Assembly: GCF_006345805.1 (NCBI RefSeq)
Contig: NC_043002.1
Span: forward strand, 72,168,001 to 72,232,000
DNA: 64,000 bases
Source of the DNA: Octopus sinensis
Taxonomy: Eukaryota
Direction: 5' to 3'
Shown: positions 1 to 11,250 of the stretch, piece by piece
How the letters are laid out: every line of letters begins with the position of its first letter
How positions within the stretch are numbered: the stretch's first letter is position 1
Position numbers and translations under genes: made by a program
Notes under the pieces: model-generated
Told to the model about the DNA's origin: nothing
The model's input: only the letters and a program-made list of their open reading frames with translations
Database searches by the model: none

Positions 1-2534
1 AATAGAAGTCACTGCAGCACCAACGGCAGAAGAATTGGAAGAATTCTGGAGAGAAATATGGTCGGCGAACGAACAGCCAAAAAAAAGGAGTACCAAAATA
101 ACAAACTCGGCATCTGAACAACTTTGGACCCCCATAACAACTGAAGAGGTCACCCAGGCACTGCAAAAACTAAGCAACTGGAAGGCACCTGGGCATGACA
201 AGATCCCCAACTTCTGGTTGAAATATCTAACAGGAATGCACAAAAAGCTGGCTGAAAACTTTAACAGCATACTAGCAGAGCCAGAGACAATGCCTGAATG
301 GCTCACGAAGGGGAAAACCATCTTAATTCCCAAATCAAATGAAACAACAAAACCAGAAAACTACAGACCAATACCCTGCCTCCCTACTATGTTCAAGGCA
401 TTTACTGCAGTGATATCGCAAAGGCTGAACAAGCACCTGGACGAAAACAAACTGTTCCCAGAAGAGCAGAAAGGATGCCGCAAAGGCTCATATGGCTGTA
501 AAGATCAACTAATGATTAATAAAGCCGTAACTGAAGACAGCCACAGAAAGAAGAAAGGCCTCAGTATGGCCTGGATTGACTACAAAAAGGCGTTTGATAG
601 CATCCCCCCACACGGATCCTCGAAACACTAGCCATTAACAAAGTAGCACCAACAATCATAAAATTCATAGAGCACTCTATGAATAAATGGCAAACAGTCC
701 TACACACTCCAAACAAAAGAGGGACTCATGAAAACCAAAGACATCCCATTAGAAGAGGAATATTCCAGGGAGACACGCTCTCTCCACTCCTTTTCTGCTT
801 GGCACTGTCACCTCTATCTGATATGTTAAATAGAACTGGATGCGGATATAAATGTTACGGCAAAACGATCAGCCACCTTTTATATGGATGACCTAAAACT
901 ATACGCTGCAAATGACAAACAGCTGGAAACACTATTAAAGACAGTTCATGGATTTACCAAAGAAATAGATATGAAATTTGGATTAGAAAAATGCGCCAAA
1001 GTAACCATGAAAAGAGGAAAACTAGTTAAGAGTAACAACATCACACTAGATAAAACCAATGAAATAAAAGAATTAGACCAAAGCCAAACTTACAAATACT
1101 TAGGAATCCATGAACTAGATAAGACACAACACACGCAAATGAAAGAGAAAATAAAAAAAGAATATTATAGACGAGTTAGATCAATACTAAAAACGGAGCT
1201 CAATGCTAAAAACAAGATAATAGGTATCAACACTTTAGCTGTCCCAGTTATAAGTTACAGCTACAATATCCTTAACTGGACACGAAATGAACTGTCCAAA
1301 ATAGATAGGAAAACAAGAAAAATACTGACAGGATCTAGGATGCATCACCCAAAATCTGACATAGAAAGACTATATATACAACGTATAGAAGGTGGTAGAG
1401 GCCTTATACAGCTGGAAAACTACTATAAAATAACCACCATAGGACTGCAAAAGTACCTACTTCAGAAGGAAGGAAAACTGATCCAGATAGCAGCAAAACA
1501 CGAGCAAAACAAAAAACTGTTCTCAGTATTTAAGGAAGCTGACAAATACAAACAAGAAATCATACCACCTAATAAACACAAAGAAGAAGAAGATGATGAA
1601 GAAACAACAAAAGCTATAAAACAAATGAAATCCAAACTAAAAATAGAACAGCAACGAGCCATGATAAAACGATGGCAAGAAAAACCCCTTCATGGTAAAT
1701 ACTGCACTAAACTAAACGCAAAAGAAATAGACAAAGAAAAATCCCAGCAATGGTTGAGAAGCTCAGGACTCAAAGCAGAACAGAGGGATTTTTAATTGTA
1801 GCACAAGACCAAAGCCTCCCCACCAGAAATTACCAAAAACATGTAATGAAAAGAAATATTACAAGTAACTGCAGAATATGTGGAGATGGACAAGAAACAA
1901 TAAATCATATTATCTCTAGCTGCCCAGTCCTGGCTAAGAAGGAATATATTCACAGACATGACAGAGTTGGAACCTACATACATTGGAAGCTATGCCAACA
2001 TTATGGAATAACAACAGAAAAAAGATGGTATAGGCACACACCAGAAAAGGTCACAGAAAACGAGAAAGCAACCATACTCTGGGATATGCCGATACACACA
2101 GATAGAGAAATTAAGGCCAACAGACCAGATATAGTTGTCAGAGATCATGAAGAAAAAAATGCTTTCTAACTGATGTATCAATACCGGCAGATGACAACAT
2201 GACTCTAAAAGAAATGGAGAAACTCTCAAAATACAAAGACCTGGAAATAGAGGTAACTAGAATGTGGAATCTGAAAACAGAAACAATTCCTATCATAGTA
2301 GGTGCATTAGGCATGATAAAAAAATATTCAGACAAACATAACAAAAACACCAGGACTTACAAACACATATAACATACAGAAAATTGCACTACTAGGGGCC
2401 TGCACACATCCTACGCAGAACACTTTCCATACAATAACCATCAGAGCATCACAACAAATCACAGCACATACCCAAGGCACACAGAGCTGTGCTCGGTAGT
2501 GAAGTGAAAGCACGCTATAAAAATAAAACTACTG
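1..2534 (+). mobile_element. R4/Dong-clade non-LTR retrotransposon, family A copy 1 (5' end outside window), followed by (AAT)n tail
   Basis: RT motifs NYRPI-CLP, EEQKGC, WIDYKKAFDS, RGIFQGDTLSPLLF, MDDLKLY; CCHC knuckle CRICGDGQETINHIISSC; RHD; RLE motif NRPDIVV...DVSIP...K..KY; ends HILRRTLSIQ* (stop 2435-2437); short 3'UTR then AAT repeats. Confidence 0.95.
35..2437 (+). pseudogene. RT-RLE polyprotein of LINE A copy 1, split by several small frameshifts
   Basis: ORFs 35-631, 679-891, 884-1795, 1750-2169 are consecutive pieces of one protein; C-terminal part is collinear with the open ORF 6784-7599(-). Confidence 0.9.
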
Positions 2535-2555
2535 AATAATAATAATAATAATAAT

Positions 2556-2689
2556 ATGTGGAGATGGAGAATATGTGGAGATGGACAAGAAACAATAAAT
2601 CATATTATCTCTAGCTGCCCAGTCCTGGCTAAGAAGGAATATATTCACAGACATGACAGAGTTGGAACCTACATATATTGGAAGCTATG
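2556..2689 (+). mobile_element. Internal fragment of LINE A (copy of ~1874-1994) embedded in the AAT tail
   Basis: Near-identical to 1874-1994, with a 5' stutter of gaatatgtggagatgga; AAT repeats on both sides. Confidence 0.9.
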
Positions 2690-2707
2690 GCAATAATAAT
2701 AATGATG

Positions 2708-2784
<77 letters not shown>

Positions 2785-2785
2785 G

Positions 2786-3047
2786 TTTAAAACAAACTTT
2801 TTTGTTTATTTATTTAAATTTTTATTGTTTATTTTTTTTTTAATTATTTTTTTTATTATTTTTTTTTTTTAATTAATTTTTTATTTTTTTATTTTTATGT
2901 ATTAGACATTCACTAGTACAACACCAAAAAAAAGAGAAAAAAAACCCAAATATATGGCACAGAACTTCCAACCTGTTGTCTCTTGAGGTCTCTGGGTGAG
3001 ACTTGGAGCCAACTTGTACAGACATAAAGCAAAAGTCAAACATAGAA
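2786..3047 (+). mobile_element. 3'UTR-only fragment of R4/Dong family B with AAT tail
   Basis: Matches 4018-4241 and 49435-49632 (gtctcttgaggtctctgggtgagacttggagccaacttgtac...gtcaaacatag-aataat). Confidence 0.85.
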
Positions 3048-3049
3048 TA

Positions 3050-3111
<62 letters not shown>

Positions 3112-3171
3112 TATGATGATAATAATAATAATAATAATAAAATAATATAATAATATAATAATAATAATAAT

Positions 3172-4241
3172 AGACATACAAGAAACAAGCCAGAAAAAGC
3201 TAGGCGCATGAAAACCCGTGCCAAAACTGCGGCCTTAGATATTCTGAATAATAATGGCAAGAAAAACCTCTCTACGGCAAATACCCAAAGAGAGCGAATA
3301 ATGCAGATCTCGACAAAGCCCTGACCCATCAATGGCTAATGGCCTCTGGCTTAAACTGAAACAGAGGGGTTTATCATAGCAGCTCAAGATCAATGCCTAC
3401 CAACAAGAAACTACCAGGCCAACATATTAAAGATCAGAAGCAGTCCAACGTGTCGTGTATGCAAGCAACAAAATGAAACCATTGACCATGTGGTCTCCAA
3501 GTGCAGTCTTCTAGCGCCTACAGAGTATCTCAACAGGCACGATAGAGCTGCACAATATATTCACTGGGTAATCTGTAAAAACCTGGATTTGCCCCATGAA
3601 AAACTGGTGGGAACACAAACCACCCCCAGTGCTTGAAAATGACCACATCTCACTCCTCTGGAACTTCACCATTCAAACTGACAGAAGATAGATTCAAATA
3701 GGCCAGACATCATATTGAAAGACTTCAAACAAAGAACATGCCTCCTCATTGATATGACTGTCCCAATCGAATAAACGTATCTGTCAGGACCTACCAAAAA
3801 CTGAGCAAATATAAAGATCTTGAAATAGAAATCAGCAAAATGTGGAAGCTGAAGACTAAAACAATACCTGTTGTCATAGGTGCCCTGGGAATGATAGCAA
3901 AAGGGGCTGATAGCTACCTAACTCAGATACCAGGAAACCCAAAAATGGCAGAAGTTCAAAAGATAGTGCTCATGGGAACTGCTCATATCCTACGCAAAAT
4001 ACTCTCTATGTAACCTCAAGGTTTAAAACAACCATAATTTTCGGTTTAAAAAAAAAAAAAAAAAACAACTTTTTTTTTTCTTTTTTTAGACATTCATTAG
4101 TACAACATCCCCACCCCCCAAATATATGGCACACTAGGCATAACAACAACATGAACTTCCAACCCTGTTGTCTCTTGAGGTCTCTGGGTGAGACTTGGAG
4201 CCAACTTGTACAAATATAAAGCAAAAGTCAAACATAGAATA
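3172..4241 (+). mobile_element. R4/Dong family B, 5'-truncated, frameshifted
   Basis: Manual translation ETEGFIIAAQDQCLPTRNYQ...CRVCKQQNETIDHVVSKC...RHDRAAQYIHW...GTAHILRKILSM* (stop 4011-4013); flanked by AAT. Confidence 0.9.
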
Positions 4242-4258
4242 ATAATAATAATAATAAT

Positions 4259-4343
4259 CCTTTCTGCTAAAGGCACAAGTCCTGAAATTTGAGAGGTGGT
4301 GCTGAGTCCGTTACAACGACCCCACTGTTTCACTGATATTTAA
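4259..4343 (-). mobile_element. 3' fragment of tRNA-derived SINE, cut at a TTAA by piggyBac
   Basis: cctttctgctaaaggcacaag-cctgaaattt matches SINE tail at 57098-57190. Confidence 0.7.
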
Positions 4344-5950
4344 CCCTATGACAACGGTTATTTTTTTTTTTTATCAAGCAACTAGGTTGCATTGTCGGTA
4401 ATCATCTCGGTTGAGATCAGCGATTAGCGTACGACAGTGGTTCGGCATATATTTACATCAACCGCTTTAACCAGTTTACGGCGGTGACTCGTTCGGTTGT
4501 CTGCGCGCGGCAACGGTAATCGCGCCGATTGAGGTCAGCAATCAGTGCAAGATAACATTCGGTGTATATTTACGTCAACCGCTTTGGTGCAAGTACTGTT
4601 CATTTACCTAAAATATATCCCTGAGCAGGATGCTTATGTTGTATTATTCTTGTATAAATTAACTCGATAGCACAAGTCAGATCAACTTCATGTATTTACA
4701 ATCATGTGAATTCAAAAACTGACTTTAGTGTGGTAGAGATCAAAGCAGGGTACCACACAGTGGTATATCAAATTGTGAAAAAACGGTATCTAATTCCCTC
4801 CTGTTTCGTTTTTGCTTTACATACTGTGCATCTCTTTGAAGTATTTCTTTTCTTGGCGGTGGTGGAAAACAGTCGCGGAAAATGTTCACGTCCCTTCACT
4901 ATGCGTTGAGGAGAGAGTTCAGCGTGGGAACGTCTACGCGTTCTGTACTTTGGCAGGTCTGATGCTTCTATCATTTCACTGAATAATAGATTCATGAATG
5001 TCAATTCACCCCACCCCACACACACACACACACACTGCTAAGCATCTGCCAAATCAAATGTGAGTTCACGACACACACGTCAACTATATGCAAGAAAATT
5101 TTTTTGTACCAGTTCACAAATTATCTCACCGATATGTGAGTCGTTGCCAGCTGATCTGAGCGATCGACCCCTCCCATCTCTTCATTGTATGAAACAACTA
5201 CACTCGCATTTGTTATGGCATTACCATCCACATCTTGTTTCCTAGCGTCCTTCATGCTTGCAGAATGCATTGTGGATAACATACAGACGTTTTTCTTGTA
5301 ACGCCACACTAGAGAGAAAATGCCACTATCGGTGCATCGGTACGCTGTTTCCCCCTTTTGAAGTTTCATCTTGTGAAGATCGGGTAACATGTTTATCCCG
5401 TGCATCCTCAATGTCACACAGGCATTAGTACTTCTCGCCTGCAGCTGCAGGAAGAGGTCTGGACTGGAAAACCAGTTGTCCATATAAATATTGTAGCCTT
5501 TGTCAAACAAATTTTCGGTCAGCGACGCCAGAATAAACGCTGGATGACCCAGTCTTTCCTGACCAGTATAGATTTTGTAATTCTACGTGTACCCACAGGC
5601 TCTGCCAGTTGATTGGCATACTTTATTAGCCTTGACACCAAAACAAGCGCGTTTGGTCGGGTTATAATTTTTGAATCGGAGCCTTCCCATGAATTTCCTC
5701 AAACTCTCATCCATACAAATATCATGTGTGGGGGGGACATACACCGATCTAAAATTTTCAGCCACTTCGTTCAAAGATAGGACGAATTTTGTGCAGACTA
5801 TCATCATAGTTCTCGTTTGAGTTGAAATGTAGACTTCGAAGAAGTGCCAAAAATTGAATAGATTGCCCAGTAGAACTTTTACAAAAGGTTTACCTCCTCA
5901 GCACGGCCAAAATAATCGGGAAAGTATTAGATAGTTGTAAAAGACAGATA
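4344..5950 (-). mobile_element. piggyBac DNA transposon remnant with fragmented transposase; one end (TTAA|CCCT) preserved
   Basis: ORF pieces DICMDESLRKFMGRLRFKNYNPTKRACFGVK, YMDNWFSSPDLF, YNEEMGGVDRSDQL and a Cys-rich C-terminus RCTVCK; TTAA at 4340-4343 followed by CCC. Confidence 0.9.
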
Positions 5951-6042
5951 GCATGGTACCGTAGGCTGCAGGTAGCAAGCCCGCTACGCATGCAAGACTC
6001 TTGGAGCTTCAACAGAATATGTGATAAAGAGAAATAATAATA

Positions 6043-6111
<69 letters not shown>

Positions 6112-6667
6112 GAGTGAGAGAGCAGATCATGCCATCAAAGTGACACTGGGGTAAAATATACGAAGCCCAATATACCCATCATGACTACCCGTCTGATAAA
6201 GGTACACCAGGCACATGCATCACAACCATATGTGCGCGACATGGTGATCTCATATCAAGATAAACAGCACATGACCTTGCAGGTGGGGCCCAGTTAGAAT
6301 TTTCTTCAGGTTGAGTAGCCCATCCCGCTCAAACGGTCCCTGAATAAGGGTTGTTTAAGGATGTTGAAAGAACCACCCATGTTTCCAGAGGTGAACTATT
6401 CAAACCCCAAAGAATCCCTCTCAACACATGGCTATGATGCTCCCCCACTACTTCTGCTCGTGATCAGAGATGCACATATCGTCAGCCACTAAGGGACATG
6501 CTCAACTGGTTAAGGTCAAACAACTGACAAGCAAATCTGTGGTATTGAGCAGAATATTTGCTGTAGCCCATCTTTTATACCAAGACAAAACAATGTACAT
6601 GATAACACTTCCAATCAGTTAAGATCAGAAGCCATGAGAGCCACTGCCTGGTACTGCATCAGGGCAT
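6112..6667 (-). mobile_element. ~560-bp non-coding AAT-flanked retro-element (full copy)
   Basis: Homologous to 62768-63288(+) and 5'-truncated 57401-57672(+); all end ...ctctctcactc-(aat)n. Confidence 0.8.
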
Positions 6668-6686
6668 TATTATTATTATTATTATT

Positions 6687-7785
6687 CAGTAGTTTTATTT
6701 TTATAGCGTGCTTTCACTTCACTACCGAGCACAGCTCTGTGTGCCTTGGGTATGTGCTGTGATTTGTTGTGATGCTCTGATGGTTATTGTATGGAAAGTG
6801 TTCTGCGTAGGATGTGTGCAGTGCCTAGTAGTGCAATTTTCTGTATGTTATATGTGTTTGTAAGTCCTGGTGTTTTTGTTATGTATTTGTCTGAATATTT
6901 TTTTATCATGCCTAATGCACCTACTATGATAAGAATTGTTTCTGTTTTCAGGTTCCACATTCTAGTTACCTCTATTTCCAGGTCTTCGTATTTTGAGAGT
7001 TTCTCCATTTCTTTTAGAGACACGTTGTCATCAGCCGGTATTGATACATCAATTAGAAAGCATTTTTTTTCTTCATGATCTCTGACAACTATATCTGGTC
7101 TGTTGGCCTTAATTTCTCTATCTGTGTGTATCGGCATATCCCAGAGTATGGTTGCTTTCTCGTTTTCTGTGACCTTTTCTGGTGTGTGCCTATACCATCT
7201 TTTTTCTGTTGTTATTCCATAATGTTGGCATAGCTTCCAATGTATGTAGGTTCCAACTCTGTCATGTCTGTGAATATATTCCTTCTTAGCCAGGACTGGG
7301 CAGCTAGAGATAATATGATTTATTGTTTCTTGTCCATCTCCACATATTCTGCAGTTACTTGTAATATTTCTTTTCATTACATGTTTTTGGTAATTTCTGG
7401 TGGGGAGGCTTTGGTCTTGTGCTGCAATTAAAAATCCCTCTGTTTCTGCTTTGAGTCCTGAGCTTCTCAACCATTGCTGGGATTTTTCTTTGTCTATTTC
7501 TTTTGCGTTTAGTTTAGTGCAGTATTTACCATGAAGGGGCTTTTCTTGCCATCGTTTTATCATGGCTCGTTGCTGTTCTATTTTTAGTTTGGATTTCATT
7601 TGTTTTATAGCTTTTGTTGTTTCTTCATCATCTTCTTCTTCTTCTTTGTGTTTATTAGGTGGTATGATTTCTTGTTTGTATTTGTCAGCTTCCTTAAATA
7701 CTGAGAACAGTTTTTTGTTTTGCTCGTGTTTTGCTGCTATCTGGATCAGTTTTCCTTCCTTCTGAAGTAGGTATTTTTGCAGTCC

Positions 7786-7786
<1 letters not shown>
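6687..7786 (-). mobile_element. R4/Dong family A copy 2, 5'-truncated, open frame to the native stop
   Basis: Near-identical reverse complement of ~1440-2534; ORF 6784-7599 has CCHC + RLE; AAT (minus sense) on both sides. Confidence 0.95.
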
Positions 7787-7818
<32 letters not shown>

Positions 7819-7827
7819 TATTATTAT

Positions 7828-8990
7828 GAATATCTGGGCAGTTGTGGTGGTCAGATATAGTGCGTCCATCCTCAAATGGACTGAGGAGGAAATATCAACA
7901 CTGGATAGAAGGACGAGAGATTTAATGACGCTGGATGGGGTGCTACACCCCAAAGCAAACGTAAACAGACTATATGAAAAGAAAAAATGGTGGTAAAGGA
8001 GTAATTAGTATAGACCATTCTATAAGGAGTGAAAGGAGAACGTTTGTCGAATATTTGATAAATAGTAATGAAGACCTGCTACAATATGCCGCGAAAGATA
8101 TGGGCGTAAATGCAGATGAAATGATGGGCAAGGAAGAGTTTAACCAAGGAGCTGAGGAGAAGAGAAAAGAAGACCTTCTTGAAATGAGAATGCATGGACA
8201 GTTTGAAAGGAATATACAAGACGTTAAGGATTATACAGCATCGTGGGCACGGCTTGAGCGAGGTGATTTGAAGCATACCACCGAAAGCCTGATCATTGCT
8301 GCACAAGACCAGGCTCACGCTACCAATTCAGTGAAGTATAACATCTATAAAACTTCTGACACCCAGAAATGCAGACTCTATGGAAAGAGTGTGGAAAATG
8401 TGACCCACTTTGTTAGTGGACGTGAATGTGAAAGCCTTGCACAAAAATTATACAAGCACTGCCACGATAAAGTGTGTGTGTGAATCTTCATTGGCTCTTA
8501 TGCCGTAAATACCAATATGAAGTAACAGAGAACTGGTATGAGCATGTACCAAGTAAAGTTATGCAGGAGGATGGAAAAGTAAAGATACTCTCGGACTATG
8601 ATTTTCGGACGGATCGTGTAATCAAACACCGTCAGCTGGATACTGTCATATTGAGTAAGAGAGACAAACACTGTCAGATCATTGATGTAGCCAGCCCAAA
8701 TGACATGAATGTTGTGAATAAAGAGATTGAAAGAATTACCAAGTACTCCGAATTGAAAGTGGAAATGACAAGACTATGGAATGCGAGAAGGTAATGTAAA
8801 AGTGATACCAGTGGTGATCGGAGCAATGGCCTCAATCCCATTGAAACTTCAAAACTCCTTAAGGCTACTGGAAATCCCATGCAAGATTGATGTCTTGCAA
8901 AAAGCAGACTTATTAGGCACAGCGCACATCTTAAGGAAAGTATTATCTGTCTGAGGTCCTTGTTAACAATGATAGCTTGCCCGATGAGAT
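7828..8990 (+). mobile_element. R4/Dong family C, 5'-truncated, decayed
   Basis: ORFs 7974-8483 and 8474-8794: TTESLIIAAQDQA, HWLLCRKY, KILSDYDFRTD, IIDVASPND, ITKYSELK; ends GTAHILRKVLSV* near 8955. Confidence 0.88.
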
Positions 8991-9963
8991 ACATATAGAC
9001 GGTTTGGAAGAAGAAAATAGAACTAATGGTGACATGACAAATGGTCAAAAGGCAATCTACGACAGATTAAAGACAAGGCTACAGGAGCATGATAGCGACA
9101 TTAATTGCGATCTTAAAAAGGTTGATCGGTGGAAATTGAACTAAGAAACGAAATTTTTTAATGAAACTCTGAAATGCATCAGAACAAAAAACATCACAGA
9201 AACAAATAATTTTATCAAGGCAGTAAGTATTGTTGTAGCAGAAAATGTGGGTGTTGACGTCAAGAAAGAGAAATATAATAGGAGTGACAAAAGAAAAGAT
9301 TCATGGTCGAAAAGAAGGATATAGGCGGGGTTAGATATGCTTTCGATGGACATTTCTGTGTTAGACCGAAAAGAGAAGGGAGAGCTTTAAATCAAACAAA
9401 ATTACAGGGCACTGAACAGGAAGTATGATATTGAAAGAAAGGGCCTGAAAGTGGTGATGGCGGAACTGAAACAGCGCCTCGTTACAAATAAAGCAAAGAA
9501 GGTAAGATACGACCAAAGAATGAAGGGATACCAGCAGAATAGATTATTCAAAGTAGATCATAAGCGATTCTACAAAGAAATAGATGGAGAGTGTACAGAT
9601 AAAAAGTTGATACCAGATAGCATTGTAAGCCAAAGGTTTTGGTGTGACATCTGGAGCAAATACAAGGAACACAAGAAGGATGCTGAATGGCTGCAAGAAC
9701 TGAAACAAATAGTAGACTGTCCAAAACTGGCAGACCTAGTCATTTCGGTTATGGAAGGGAAGGAAATCAAATGGAGTTCAAGCTACTGGATCAAAAGATT
9801 TCGTGAATGTCATGGACGAATAGCTGCACAACTCAAAACCTTGTTAAAAGCCGACCAAGTAACACCAGAGTGGTTGACAATGGGTAGGACAGTGTTGTGC
9901 TTGAAAACATCGAAAAAGGCCATACGGTAGACAATTACAGGCCGTTATCTTACTTGCCACTTA

Positions 9964-11250
9964 CGAGGGGCGTTCAATAAGTAATGCCCCTGACCCACTT
10001 CCCATAACAGTAGAGCAACGAAACTTGGCACAGTTATTAGTCCTTTTCTACATAGGAAGCACCCAGAGTTACACATTTCTCCCATCGTTTGATGCAGCTC
10101 TGGAGACAGTTTTTGTAGAAGACCCCAGCTTGGTCCTCCAACCACGACGTGACTTCAGAAATCAAGGCTGCATCATCTGGGAAACGCTTTCCTTTCAAAA
10201 ACAACTTCATGGCTGGAAAGAGGTGAAAATCAGAGGGTGCAAGGTCAGAAGGGGGGATGGGGGAGGATTTCATAGCCGCACGCCTGTGCTTCTGATCTGG
10301 CGACACGCGAGTTGTGGACCGGAGCGTTGTCCTGAAGGACGAGGATGCCTTTGCTGATCTTGCCCCGCCTCTTGATTTTGATAGCTTCTCTTAATTTCCT
10401 CAAAAGTCAAGCATAATAGGCTCCTGTAATTGTGGTACCCTTTGCCAGGTAATCTGTCATCACTACTCCGTCCTGGTCCCAGAAGACTGTGAGCATGACC
10501 TTGCCAGCGGAGGGCTGCGCCCTTGCCTTCTTTGGAGGAGGTGAATCACGGTGCTTCCACTGCATTGACTGGGCTTTGGTCTCTGGATCATAGTGATGGA
10601 CCCAGGTTTCATCCTGTGTAATTAGTCTTTTGAAAAATTTTGACTCATCTTCTTGGCACATCTCCAAATTCATCCTCGAGCACTCGACGCGTTCTTGCTT
10701 CTGGAAAGGTGTGAGCAGCCTGGGAATCCATCTGGCAGACACCTTTTGCATATGCAAATGGTCATGAATGATAGTTTCCACAGATCCGGTACTAATCTTG
10801 ACCTCATGGGCTATTTGGCGAATAGTTATGCGTCGATCTTCCAAAATGGCAGCCTCAACTTGACGGACAAATGCCTCATCAATGGCAGAAGGGGGCGACC
10901 AGATCTGGGAGCTGTTTCCACAGAGTTCCGACCATGTTTGAATTCATGATGCCAGCGTTTTACAAGGTCATATGATGGGGCATCATCACCATAGGTTACT
11001 TTCATTTCATCAAAAGTCTCCCGTGGTGTGCGTCCTTTCAAATATAAATACTGGATCACTGCTCGACACTCAACAGGCTCCATTTCACACTTGACTCAGT
11101 TCGAACACCTGTAAATCAGAAACCACAATTAGTACAGAGCTGTAATTTACTACTTAATCTGTAGGGATATGAATAATTGCACATACAAAATTTCAGCTAG
11201 ATCAAACGACTGCAAGTGGGTCAGGGGCATTACTTATTGAGTGTCCCTCG
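9964..11250 (-). mobile_element. Full-length mariner (1287 bp, irritans-like) with ~37-bp TIRs and TA duplication
   Basis: cgaggggcgttcaataagtaatgcccctgacccactt / aagtgggtcaggggcattacttattgagtgtccctcg; TA at 9962-63 and 11251-52. Confidence 0.97.
10037..11083 (-). pseudogene. mariner transposase (2 frameshifts, 1 premature stop)
   Basis: HTH, RSGRP, WIPRLL, QDETW, QDNAP, DLAPSDFHLF motifs across ORFs 10826-11083, 10407-10844, 10037-10306. Confidence 0.93.

Noticed and set aside
6610-6667. Short U2 snRNA-like words (taagatca, cctggtactgca) and an HDV-like P1 in the 560-bp element
   Set aside because: Wrong order or strand for U2; no P1.1/P3 geometry for HDV
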